A DNA stretch of 64,000 nucleotides from Paraspadella gotoi (lineage: Eukaryota > Animalia > Chaetognatha): assembly GCA_051294375.1 (NCBI GenBank), contig CM119270.1, positions 8,228,839 through 8,292,838 on the forward strand, written 5' to 3'. Below the pieces are notes generated by a model. The model was given only the letters and a program-made list of their open reading frames with translations, was not told where the DNA came from and did no database searches. Position numbers and translations under genes: made by a program. Positions 49,381 to 62,507 of the stretch are shown one piece after another (the first letter of the stretch is position 1; every line of letters starts with the position of its first letter).

Positions 49381-52300
49381 AGATATTGTGGAAAATTAAG
49401 CTGGAACCGGATAGGAAGCTGAGGGAGAGAGAAAGATAAAAAACGGAGAAAAAAATCATTATATATTTTTAGTTTTAAATCACATAAAGTAAAAGAAAAA
49501 AAAAGTCAACCAAGATTTTGATCGTTCGGTGATAGGTCATGAACTCGTCAGACTCCGACCTGATTGGTCGGAGATAATGAGGCGTGAACGGCTGATTTAA
49601 GGTTTACCCTACATAACCGAACTCCTAATGAATCGCGAAATGAACCTTTCCCAAGAAGGAAGTTGGATCGCATTTTCGAACTTACCTAGAAAATCTGGAG
49701 GGAAAGAAGTGGAGAGGAGAGAGAGTGAGAACGAAATGAATGGAGATGCGGGAGAAAAAGAGAAAGCGAAAATTGTCACCATAGAGTCTGTTCTTTCGCA
49801 GGAAATTTTGACATGCTCCCAGAGATTTTAGCAGCCTTTCCATCGAAACACCATCGGCTGTTGGTGTTTGCATAATTTAACTCACTCTCTCTTTTTTCTG
49901 TAGAACATATTCAAAGTTATTCTCTTATTCGCAATGTTCAACTAGAATATATAAACAATAAGATTAAATAGTAACGTTAATAAAAAAAATTGACCTCATC
50001 GTCTTGTTAGCCAAGTCCTTATCTCAGTGAGTAGTCCCTTGTTTCCTCTCATCTGCTGAGGACAAATTCTTAAGGGGACCAAGTGAACAGGGGGGGTAAA
50101 AAGCTGAAAACATAACGTTTGCCCTCTTAACTTAAGCTGGTTCTGATCATATAATTTTTTCTTCTATAATCATTGAGAAAGTAGTTAAAAAAATTCTGAA
50201 TAAAATCAGCGAGCTTAATTTCTTTAAAAAATCGGTAAGAAAGAAATCTTTTTCAAGTTTCAAATTTTTTTTTCCAAAAAAGGGTAAGATCTAATTTTAA
50301 AAGATTTTTCAGCTTTTATCACAAAAATTTATAAGAAAAAAAACTAGGAATGAATCAAAATTTAAGGTATCGACTGATTTTATTTAAACTTTCTTTTCAA
50401 ATGATTCTGTTAATTGGATAAAAATAAAACTCTTTGAAGTAATATAAATATAAAAAGAAGAGAAAGATTCGTTACTTTTGCTAAATTTTTAATTGTTATA
50501 ATTAGGAATCAATATAGTTTAATTATACATTTAAGGGATGAATATGAATATTAATTAATAATTATTACAGTTTTGTTTCTGTAAGAATAGAATTTAGGTT
50601 TGATTTGTCTGCTTTTAAGTAAATATAAAAATATAAAAATATTAGTCTTTGTAAAGCCTTTGTTCAATGAGGCTTAAACCTAAAATTATAGCTTTTGTAC
50701 AGTAAAAAAATAAAAATTGGAATTTAGTAAAGAATACTTTCTAATGCAAAAATAAAATAATGGATTATATAAATATTTAGGTAGGGTCAACTAAATTTTT
50801 TTTCATAATTATTAAATTTTTGTTTCCGCTACAATAAGAGATAGGAATTTTTTGCCACTTTCCCGTGCAAAGAAAAATTAATGACTATCACCATTCAAAT
50901 TCCTTTGATGATAGACCCTTAAGCTTATGATATCATTTTTATCACTGGGTCCCCTTAAGTCCAAGAAATCCAAGAAAATTGGAAGACCTAGAACGAAAGG
51001 GAGAGAAGGAGAGGAGAGAGAGAGAGAGAGAGAGAGGGCGAAAAAGGAAAGGAGACAGGGAGAGAAATCTATCGTTAATTTATCTTCGACCAAGGGACGT
51101 TTCTTCCTTTATTTTTGCGGAAAATATTCTGTAATACGAACTACGTTACTTTATAAAACATGTATAGAGAGCGGCGCCGAGAACCAAAATGACGGTGAGA
51201 GAAAGCGGAAAAGAGGAGAGAGAGGAGAGAGCGAGAAGAGAGAGAGAGAGAGAGAGGGGGGGAGAGAGAGACTCATTACCTCTCATTCATCAAAAAAGTT
51301 GAAACGTGGAACGAAATGGCCAAAACACGGAGGAACCATTAAGTCCGATATCGCAGGAGCGAGTTCCCTACCATTACTTCACATTACATATCACGTGTAT
51401 AATCTACATTTTCCGATAATTATCTTTTGCACAGTTTTTTGCCTATTTTTAGTTATATTTTTTGTATCTAAGCTTCGCTAAAATGATGTTGAGCATTGTA
51501 GAAACACGAGAGCATTTTCTCTCATTTAATCTTTAATTTTAATGATAGATTAAAGATAGAAATATACTTTATCTTAAACTTTAACACTCTTATAAGCAGA
51601 GAATTTCTAATACCTATTTAAATTCAATACTTAAACTCATCCACTGTAGCCATCATGGTAAATATATCAATGCGCTAAAAAAAATAACATTCGATGCGAT
51701 TCCGTTTTCGAGAAGATTTATTTTCAACGACGTCGCTTGTAAAACTTTAAAAGATACGTCCCTCTACTTTTCGTTTACCCGAGTTCTTTCACCTTAGTTG
51801 AGTTGCGCGGCTTTTTTCTATTCGGCGCGACTTTTTAATTTCATTTCGTTCACTTTGAATTATTTTTCGAATCGAGACGGTGGCAGAAACGCAGATCCGA
51901 CGAAAAAAGGAAGACGCTCTACCGTGCAATCTGGATAAACGAGGTTTTTATCTATGAAGAGGAACCCTTACGACAATCAATAACCGATAAAATTCTAATT
52001 AATTATTTCGCCAAACATTCTCGTCAGGCATTACCGAAGAAGAGCGCGAGAAAAACCGTCGGTAGAAATTATGATTCTCAGTCACTCTTCATCGGGTCGT
52101 TGTGCCTGATCGCGAGTGTGCAAAGCAGCGCCTCTGGAGGTGGGTAGTGAGCGGTGCCAGTAAGAAAGTAGTGAGGAGGATCTGGCAGCGGAGGTGGCGC
52201 GGAAAGTAGCAAAAAAAGTGGAGGTGGAGCCCAAAGTGGCGGTGGTGGAGGAGGGGGAGGTGGCGCCGGCCTTAACTGCTTTCACGCAGGAAAGTCCGAT

Positions 52301-52383
52301 GAGCTCAAACAAAAAATTGTCAATCGGAAGTGAAAGGGAATTGCGCGACGTGTCTCCCTCGCCGTAATCCAAGCCCCTCACGT

Positions 52384-52420
<37 letters not shown>

Positions 52421-52910
52421 GATAGAGAGGAGAGACAGAGAGAGAGAGAGAGATAGGGCTCACGCCCATCGCTTTCCTGGCTTTTCCCAGGTCCTCATCT
52501 ACGCCCCGAGTGTTGAATCGTCATACATGGATACCGGCGCGGCTCGGAACCAGAAGGCGAAAACTTTGCCCGAACTTTTTAAGTTGAGCTTCAGCGTGGG
52601 GGGAACTAATTTCAAGGCGGAGGAAATCAAGAGCGTCCATCAGGGTGTGCAAGGAGAACCTCTGCAACAAGCCCAAGCACGTCAAGAGAGTTCTTCGATT
52701 CAAGGGGGTGAGTTGTGTTGGCCAAAAGGCGGAGCGGAAGCACAAGAAGAAAATTTACACTTACAATTTGCATTACAATTTTTTCGTCTCAAGTCTAAAT
52801 ACTATAGTATTTTTTATTATTTATTTTATTTTCTTACTACAGATATTGACTAACCTTGTTTTCTACAATGCGATGCCCTAGTAGCGCAGCGCAACGTGTT
52901 ATATCTGTTC

Positions 52911-52970
<60 letters not shown>

Positions 52971-53274
52971 CTCTCTCCCCCAGAAACCGATGGACGTGAA
53001 AAAACCCGAAAGCGCATCACTGCTACTCTTTTTCACCAAAGTCTTCAAGGAGGACGAGAACATCGCGTTCACTACGGTTATCGTGGAATGTCCCCCGGAC
53101 GCCGTCGGCCCTGGAACCAAAAAGTTCAAAACAGCAGTGCATCCTCATCACCCTGGAGTACGACTTCACCTCCTTCCAGGCCGGATGCTACCCGTCGGAA
53201 CCGTCAACGAGACTCAGGTATCAAAGGGGAAAGGGAGAGGGGGGGGAGGAGAGGGACTAAATTTATTCTCTTCC

Positions 53275-53312
<38 letters not shown>

Positions 53313-55219
53313 ATTGTGGAAACTTAAGCTGGAACCGGGATAGGAAGCTGAGGGAGAGAGAAAGATAAAAATACGGAGAAAAAAATCATAATATATTTTT
53401 AGTTTTAAATCACATAAAGTAAAAAGAAAAAAAAAGTCAACCAAGATTTTGATCGTTCGGTGATAGGTCATGAACTCGTCAGACTCCGACCTGATTGGTC
53501 GGAGATAATGAGGCGTGAACGGCTGATTTAAGGTTTACCCTACATAACCGAACTCCTAATGAATCGCGAAATGAACCTTTCCCAAGAAGGAAGTTGGAAT
53601 CGCATTTCGAACTTACCTAGAAAATCTGGAGGGAAAGAAGTGGGAGAGGAGAGAGAGTGAGAACGAAATGAATGGAGATGGGAGAAAAAGAGAAAGCGAA
53701 AATTGTCACCATAGAGTCTGTTCTTTCGCAGGAAATTTTGACATGCTCCCGAGATTTTAGCAGCCTTTCCATCGAAACACCATCGGCTGTTGGTGTTTGC
53801 ATAATTTAACTCACTCTCTCTTTTTTCTGTAGAACATATTCAAAGTTATTCTCTTATTCGCAATGTTCAACTAGAATATATAAACAATAAGATTAAATAG
53901 TACAATCGTAATAAAAAAAATTGACCTCATCGTCTTGTTAGCCAAGTCCTTATCTCAGTGAGTAGTCCCTTGTTTCCTCTCATCTGCTGAGGACAAATTC
54001 TTAAGGGGACCAAGTGAACAGGGGGGGTAAAAAAGCTGTTTTAAAAACATAACGTTTGACCCTTTAACTTAAGCTGGTTCTGATCATATAATTTTTTTCT
54101 TCTATAATCATTTGAGAAAGTAGTTAAAAAATTCGATAAAATCAGCGAGCTTAATTTCTTTAAAAAATCGGTAAGAAGAAATCTTTTTCAAGTTCAAATT
54201 TTTTTTTCCAAAAAAGGGTAAGATCTAATTTTAAAAAGATTTTCAGCTTTTATCACAAAAATTTATAAGAAAAAAAAACTAGGAATGAATCAAAATTTAA
54301 GGTATCGACTGATTTTATTTAAACTTTCTTTTCAAATGATTCTGTTAATTGGAAAAAATAAAACTCTTTGAAGTAATATAAATATAAAAAGAAGAGAAAG
54401 ATTCTGTACTTTTGCTAAAATTTTTAATTGTTATAATTAGGAATCAATATAGTTTAATTATACATTTAAGGGATGAATATGAATATTAATTAATAATTAT
54501 TACAGTTTTGTTTCTGTAAGAATAGAATTTAGGTTTGATTTGTCTGCTTTTAAGTAAATATAAAAATATAAAAATATTAGTCTGTTTAAAGCCTTTGTTC
54601 AATGAGGCTTAAACCTAAAATTATAGCTTTTGTACAGTAAAAAATAAAAATTGGAATTTAGTAAAGAATACTTTCTAATGCAAAAATAAAATAATGGATT
54701 ATATAAATATTTAGGTAGGGTCAAACCTAAATTTTTTTCATAATTATTAAATTTTTGTTTCCGCTACAATAAGAGATAGGAATTTTTTGCCACTTTCCCG
54801 TGCAAAGAAAAATTAATGACTATCACCATTCAAATTCCTTTGTGATAGACCTTAAGCTTATGATATCATTTTTATCACTGGGTCCCCTTAAGTCCAAGAA
54901 ATCCAAGAAAATTGGAAGACCTAGAACGAAAGGGAGAGAGAGAGAGGGAGAGAGAGAGAGAGAGAGAGAGGGCGAAAAAGGAAAGGAGACAGGGAGAGAA
55001 ATCTATCGTTAATTATCTTCGACCAAGGACGTTTTCTTCCTTTATTTTTGCGGAAAATATTCTGTAATACGAACTACGTTACTTTATAAACATGATANNN
55101 NNNNNNNNNNNNNNNNNNNNNNNNNNNNNNNNNNNNNNNNNNNNNNNNNNNNNNNCTACGTTACTTTATAAACATGATAGAGAGCGCGCGCGAGAACCAA
55201 AATGACGGTGAGAGAAAGC

Positions 55220-55267
<48 letters not shown>

Positions 55268-56386
55268 AGAGAGAGAGACTCATTACCTCTCATTCATCAA
55301 AAAAGTGAAACGTGGGAACGAAATGGCCAAAACACGGAGGAACCATTAGTCCGATATCGCAGGAGCGAGTTCCCTACCATTACTTCACATTACATATCAC
55401 GTGTATAATCTACATTTTCCGATAATTATCTTTGCACAGTTTTTTGCCTATTTTTAGTTATATTTTTTGTATCTAAGCTTCGCTAAAATGATGTTGAGCA
55501 TTGGAAACACGAGAGCATTTTATCGCTAATTTAATCTTTAATTTTTAATGATAGATTAAAGATAGAAATATACTTTATCTTAAACTTTAACACTCTTATA
55601 AGCGAGAATTTCTAATACCTATTTAAATTCAATACTAAACTCATCCACTGTAGCCAATCATGGTAAATATATCAATGCGCTAAAAAAAATAACATTCGAT
55701 GCGATTCCGTTTTCGAGAAGATTTATTTTCAACGACGTCGCTTGAATAAACTTTAAAAGATACGTCCCTCTACTTTTTCGTTTTACCCGAGTTCTTCACC
55801 TTAGTTGAGTTGCGCGGCTTTTTCTATTCGGCGCGACTTTTTAATTTCATTTCGTTCACTTTGAATTATTTTTCGAATCGAGACGGTGGCAGAAACGCAG
55901 ATCCGACGAAAAAGGAAAGACGCTCTACCGTGCAATCTGGATAAAACGAGGTTTTTATCTATGAAGAGGAACCCTTACGACAATCAATAACCGATAAAAT
56001 TCTAATTAATTATTTCGCCAAACATTCTCGTCAGGATACCGTAGAAGAGCGCGAGAAAAACCGTCGGTAGAAATTATGATTCTCAGTCACCTCTTCATCG
56101 GGTCGTTGTGCCTGATCGCGAGTGTGCAAAGCAGCGCCTCTGGAGGTGGGAGTGGAAGCGGTGCCAGTAAGAAAGCTAGTGGAGGAGGATCTGGCAGCGG
56201 AGGTGGCGGAAGTAGCAAAAAAAGTGGAGGTGGAGCCAAAAGTGGCGGTGGTGGAGGAGGGGGAGGTGGCGCCGGCCTTAACTGCTTTCACGCAGGAAAG
56301 TCCGAGGAGCTCAAACAAAAAATGATCATCGGAGTGAAAGGGAATTGCGCGACGTGCTCCCTCGCCGTAATCCAAGCCCCTCACGT

Positions 56387-56451
<65 letters not shown>

Positions 56452-56889
56452 GGCTCACGCCCATCGCTTTCCTGGCTTTTCCCAGGTCCTCATCTACGCC
56501 CCCGAGTGTGAATCGTCAGACATGGATACGGCGGCGGCGGAACAGAAGGCGAAAACTTTGCCCGAACTTTTTAAGTTGAGCTTCAGCGTGGGGGGACTCA
56601 ATTTCAAGGCGGAGGAAATCAAAGCGTCCATCAGGGTGTGCAAGGAGAACCTCTGCAACAAGCCCAAGCACGTCAAGAGAGGTTCTTCGATCAAGGGGGT
56701 GAGTGTGTTGGCCAAAAGCGGAGGGAAGCAACAAGAAGAAAATTTACACTTACAATTTGCATTACATTTTTCGTCTCAAGTCTAAATACTATAGTATTTT
56801 TTATTATTTATTTTATTTCTTACTACAAGATATTGACTAACCTTGTTTTCTACAATGCGATGCCCTAGAAGCGCACGTGTTATATCTGT

Positions 56890-56935
<46 letters not shown>

Positions 56936-57225
56936 CTCTCTCCCCCAGAAACCGATGGACGTGAAAAACCCGAAAGCGCATCACTGCTACTCTTTTTTCA
57001 CCAAAGTCTTCAAGGAGGGAGCGAACATCGGTCACTACGGTATCGTGGAATGTCCCCCGGACGCCGTCGGCCCTGGGAACAAAAAGTTCAAACAGCAGTG
57101 CATCCTCATCACCCTGGAGTACGACTTCACCTCCTTCCAGGCCGGATGCTATCCCGTCGGAACCGTCAACGAGACTCAGGTATCAAAGGGGAAAGGGGGG
57201 AGGGGGGGGGGAGGAGAGGGACTAA
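49340..57225 (+). repeat. ~3.9-kb direct tandem duplication (~49340-53260 / ~53277-57225)
   Basis: Colinear near-identical blocks. The junction is at an AG microsatellite and N-gaps lie nearby. Confidence 0.93.
52070..53217 (+). pseudogene. Frameshifted partial copy of the Ly6/uPAR-like gene (lacks last exon)
   Basis: Same exons as 56076-57179 with many 1-bp indels. Confidence 0.7.
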
Positions 57226-57950
57226 TTTTCAACGCGATGGGGCGCTGGGCACCGTCGGGATAGAGGCGGGAATCGAACCCGAGACCCACCGTCGATAATC
57301 GATGATATTGGCGCCATGGCTGCCAATACGAGAGGCAAAATCGGAAAGTGAACGAAAGGCAGGATAAAAAGAGAATGTAAAGTAGTCGGAAACGAACCAA
57401 TCGGTTATTTTTTTTTATTCGCATATATCAGAGGCAAGATAGCTTATTTATTAAATGAATGTATAATGTTTATATTTGTTGTACCAATTTCATTTCATAT
57501 AATAATTTTTTTTTCCTTGTTATATTAAACCCCGGTTTGGTTTGGTTAATGGTATTTAGGGTTGGGGGTGTTTAGGGTGAGGTAGTTAAGTTTAGGACTA
57601 GTTAAGGTTACTAATTGCGGTAAAGGGCGGTTTGGGTAATATATTTCAAAACCATTGTTTTTTCATCGCAGATCAAAGCGATCGCTCAAAGGAATCACCG
57701 CAAGGGAATGGAGAAGCTGACCGTGGTGGTGAAGCCTTGCACCGAGGATCTCTGCAACGGAGTTCCTTACGAAGAGGAGAAGACGCAAAACGTCAAAGGC
57801 AGCGGCGGTCCCAGCCTCAGCAGCGGCGGAAGCGGAGGGAGCGGCGGGAGCGGCGCTCCGCCCGGCGCCAAAACGACTACGCCAGGCGGGTGGCGGCATC
57901 TCTGCATCTCCGCCCTTTTGTTGGCATTGCTGACGGCCGCGATGAACTGA
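56076..57950 (+). CDS. GPI-anchored-like protein with two reduced Ly6/uPAR (three-finger)-like domains
   Basis: Phase-0 exons 56076-56384, 56486-56698, 56949-57179 and 57672-57950. Layout: signal peptide, Gly/Ser linker, LNCF...CKENLCN, HCYS...CTEDLCN, Gly/Ser spacer, hydrophobic C-terminus. Confidence 0.75.
57534..57637 (+). repeat. Degenerate TTAGGG-like tract (intronic)
   Basis: GGTTTGG/TTTAGGG/GTTAAGG variants. Confidence 0.5.
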
Positions 57951-57959
57951 GAGAAAAAG

Positions 57960-58028
<69 letters not shown>

Positions 58029-58587
58029 CGAGAGCGATTGAGCGATAGAGAGAGAAGGAGCGATAGTCGCCGAGTGTTTTTTTTTTTAAATTGTGATAAA
58101 AAATGACGCAGTTAGTTTTCGTCTTTCGCGTTCGAAAACCCGTGAAAATAAGCAACAAAACAAAACAATTTGAGTTGAACAATTCTTTCCGAATTTCTTG
58201 AATGCGGAGTTGTGTTTGATTATGCCCAAAAAATTATTAAAATTTTCGTAGCCATGCAAAAGCAAATAATTTTTTTAGTGGTTGTTATAGAAATTCTAGG
58301 ATATTTAATTAATATTTATTAATAGTTATTTTTTTTAGATGAGTCTTTCCTTTGGTGATTTCTCTATGTCTAGACCGACATACGTACTAAAATATAATTT
58401 CCTATTCATATATTTCATATACTCTATAAGCAAGATACATCTGTTGAGTGACCAACCTCCTGCCACCTGTAACTGTAAATTACTCGTTCCTAACTCACTC
58501 TGCACCCCAACTGCTTCGTCTCACCACTCTTCACTCTTCGCCCACTTTTACGGTGATAATCATTGCGCGTTCGTGAGGAAGAGTGGA

Positions 58588-58636
<49 letters not shown>

Positions 58637-58975
58637 TTGACCAATGTCCCCGAGATCGCTACAGACGGAAAATTCTCACCTCGACTTTGACGTCGACGAT
58701 GATAAATGCGATGATGATTAAAAAGAAGAAATCGATCAACGGAGCCCATGGAGTCGACAACGACGACGACGACGACGACGATGACAATAATGAGGACAAC
58801 GCCCGCGACGACGTTGGTGACGACAGAAATGACGAAGGCGACGACGACGACGAGAAGGACCACGGCGAAGATGGCTGAGGGAGAGGCCGAGAAGCCGAAG
58901 GAAAAGCTAAATATTAATTGCAAATTGTGAATAGGACAAGGTTGATGAGGAATGAGGACTTGAGTATTACTTTTA

Positions 58976-60279
58976 TAGGAGTCTACGTCGTTCTTAGAAA
59001 TCGAGGAAGACTTTTTCAATGGAGATTTTCGTTAAAACCTGACTACCAAATAATGTTAACGCCCCTGGGAAAAATTAAGGTAAAAAAAAGATGTAAAAAC
59101 ACTCGATTCCGATCCTGTTACATCTGAAGGGCTCACATTTTTTTTCTCTTGACAAATAACCATCATTTTGACATCGAACCATTCGATTCAAATGGACTGG
59201 TCCGCTCGGGAAAATATTTTTGACGCAATTTTTATATATAAAATAAAGGGATTTCTCAACTTCAATACAATGTCAACGCATTTAAGGTATGTTGTCATTT
59301 TACAATAAACTTCGAATTCAGGAATCCGATAGCAATATGTCTGAAGGGCTCTCAAAATTTTTTTATTTAATATGAATACAATCATTGTTAAAGTGAATTA
59401 GTCCATTTTGGTGAAATTTTTATTTAAAGTATGAGTAAAAGAGAGCTAACGATTCGGAATTCTAGAGTTTTCAAGCCGGGAGTCAGATTCGGAAAAAATC
59501 TGATATGGGCGAAAAATCTCCAAAGAAGGGGTGGATTTTCCAAAGATTTTGGTTAATATAGGACTAAGCTCTGATCGAAAAAAGCAGAGGTTTTTTCAAT
59601 ATATTCTTATACCGGCCAAGGTAGAATGATGGCAATATTGTTAATATTAAGTTTCCAAAAAAATCCGACCATAAATATAGAAAATATTAACCAAAATCTT
59701 CGAAAAAAAAACCCCTTCTGGAAGATTTTCGCCATAGAAGATTTTTCCCGAATCTGACTCCCGGTTGAAAACTTAGAATTCCGATCGTTAGCTCCTCTTT
59801 TCTTTTACTTTAAATAAAAATTTCACCAAATTGGACTAATTCACTTTCCCAGCATCGTATCATATCAAAATAACCAAATAAAATGTAAAGAAAAATTTTG
59901 AGAGCCCTTCAGACACATTTTGCCAAAGGATTCCAAAATTAGACGTCATTTGTTGAACAGGAACATACTCAGTCACGTTTATATCGTTTTAAAGGAAAAA
60001 ATCCCTTTCATTTCTATATAAAATCAGAGATAGAAAATTTTTCCGTCCAGAAGCAGTCTATTTGTTCTGGCTTGTTTGATATCAAGATGTTGATGATTTG
60101 ACACAAAGAAAAAAAATGCGAGCCCTTCAGATACAACAGGATCGGAATCAAATGTTTTTAAATCGATATTTTACCCCGAATTTTTACCAGGAGCGTTTAT
60201 ATTGTTTGGTAGTCAGATTTGAACGAAAATCTCCATTGAAAAAGTCTTCCTCGATCTCTAAGAACGACGTAGACTCCTA
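58976..60279. mobile_element. Foldback-like non-autonomous element with ~580-bp imperfect inverted arms
   Basis: TAGGAGTCTACGTCGTTCTTAGA... at the left and ...TCTAAGAACGACGTAGACTCCTA at the right. The arms stay alignable inward to ~59558/59685. No coding capacity. Confidence 0.85.
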
Positions 60280-61489
60280 GTTAATATTTTCTATATTTAT
60301 GGTCGGATTTTTTTGAAACTTAAAAATAGCAATATTGCCATCATTCTACATTTGGCGGTCAAAGAATATATTAAAAAAACCTCTGACTTTTTTCGTCAGA
60401 GCTTAGTCTGGGGGTGCCAGTCGTTTCAAAACTAGACATATTTTTTATATAAATTTGGTATCGTTGGAAAGAGAATGGCGAAATTAGCCGAAATCCAAAA
60501 TTTCATGTAAATCGGACGACGCGTTCAAAAGTAATCGGCAAAAAAAGACCACGAAAAACGCGGTCGCGAGGGATCAACTCGCGCTATTTAAACCGTTTCC
60601 GTTTTGGATCTACAAAGAAACTACTACGTAGTTCAAATCATTAGAACGCCGAACTTCAGCGTAAGCCTCGAATGCGTGTTTAGGGCCTCATAAGAATTAA
60701 TTTTAACTGCTGAAGCCTCGGACGAAAGAGTAATAACACCCATGTGAACGAAATAAAAGGAAAATAATTTATTTTTTATACAAATTAAGCATAAATAAAC
60801 TAAAAATCTTGAAATAAAAACAGTATAGCAGAAAATTATAGCCAAGAAAAGTTTAAATTTAAGTAAAAAAATGCGCGTAGGAATGGTTGAATTTTGAGCA
60901 CAGGGTTGCACATTTGTGTGATAGTAGAATTGAACAATTACTTTTATAACTATTTCTGTATCGACGGTGGCGAGCGTCGCCGTAGGGGGGAGAGGTCTCA
61001 ACGTACGACGGCCGGGAATAAAAATATCTTGGTTCAAGTTTCCAAAATTCGCGATCGGGAGTCGCGACGACGAATAATTGAAGAAGAGGGAAAAAGGGTT
61101 TCGCCGAGGCAATCAGGGTTATTTTAAATAACGTTTGATGTGACTATTTTGTAATCTTCAGTTGCCTCGTGAGAAAGTTGCGACGTTGTTACGTTGTTTT
61201 AAATCGTTTATATTTGTATAAACCTGAAAGTCTAAATTCGTCGTCTACATTTAATGTAAATAAACATTTAAACAAGTTTGAGCAATGTCGGATCTGCCCA
61301 CTATCATTATCGGTAATTAATTCAAGTTAATTATTTAATTAATTAGGCAATTAATTAATTTGATCCCAAATGTTTGTTTTGATTGACTGATTAATTAATT
61401 ATTGATTAATTAATTGACTAATTGATTAATTAACTGATTAATTAATACATATTGCATTTACATTTAAAATAGAAATAAAAAGAAGCATT

Positions 61490-61720
61490 GAAGAGACAGT
61501 AATTATTGATAAGTGTTAATGACAGAACCATTCAATATAAGCAGTCCCTGAGCTTCGGATCAGGCTGTAACACCATGTTACAGGCGGGTTAAGCGCCCCG
61601 TCCCTCTTAACTGCCAGACGACCACCGGGCTAAAACCCCGGACCTTTGGGTTGGGAGGTGAATGACTTGCCTCCGGCACCAATGGCCGCTGATGAACGGT
61701 TGGTGGATTTTAATCCACCA
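61490..61720 (-). mobile_element. Family-1 tRNA/twister element, copy E (full length, ribozyme intact)
   Basis: Reverse complement of 27085-27315 with few differences. Confidence 0.9.
61541..61614 (-). ncRNA. Twister ribozyme, type P5 permutation
   Basis: GCAGUU/GACUGC (P5), CUGUAAC/GUUACAG (P3), CCUGA/UCAGG (P4), loop UCCGAAGC, GA-CGG and U^AA. Predicted cleavage is between 61591 and 61590. Confidence 0.8.
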
Positions 61721-61769
61721 TAGCATAATCAATTAGTTAAACAGGTTCTTTGTTTTTTCCAGTCAAACG

Positions 61770-62190
61770 ATTCTATCAAAACTTGATTTCCAGTTTAATC
61801 ACACACTTTTCAAATACTAAATTCAAGGTCAATCGCCCCATCCACTCATGAGCAATTGGTGTTCAAATAATAAAATTTTTATTTTTATTTTTTCCATTTA
61901 AACTCATTTCCACTCGGACGATTCCATCGAAACTTCATATCCAGCTCAATCACACACTTCCCTACCCACACACAAAATTTCATTCAAATCCATCCATCCA
62001 ATCACGAGTTATTGGTGTTTTTTGCTAAGGTGGGACAGACGGACGGACATCGTTTTTTTGCATAATTCATCAGAATTCGATGTTCTGACATGATATAAGC
62101 GAATGCCCGACAAGATTGAGGGGGCGGACCAACGGACCGACAAAGTGAATTATAGAGTCGGGATCTGCTGAAAGCGGATCCAGCTCCGGC
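61770..62190. mobile_element. HINE/DINE-1-like interspersed repeat remnant
   Basis: GTGGGACAGACGGACGGAC microsatellite core and CAAAGTGAATTATAGAGTCG end, shared with 9375-9446 and 11195-11330. Confidence 0.5.
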
Positions 62191-62507
62191 TCCACATCCC
62201 TGCGAGCGACAATAGAACAAGTACAGCATTTAAATATTTCGCTATCGGACCTGATCGACAGCACTTGTAAATTTTACCCTAGCACTTGATCCGGTTGTTT
62301 GTTGATGAATGCAAACATACAGTTTATAAATGTTTAAATGCAATAAACAATAGTAAAATATATATCAAACGGAAGGTACAATTGAGTAGTTTACAAAAAT
62401 ACAATGATTATAATTGTACATCGAATATTTTACAAGTAAACATTAAAAACGTTTCAATTTTCAGAGGTTGAGAAATCTTTCAGTCTGTGCTTCTTCTTTA
62501 AGCTCTC

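Noticed and set aside
58339-59019. Poly-Asp / poly-Thr ORFs
   Set aside because: They are driven by (GAC)n repeats. I found no convincing splice structure or domain.
61685-61720. Hammerhead core CTGATGA in the opposite strand of family 1
   Set aside because: There is no stem II followed by GAAA and no stem III or cleavage triplet.
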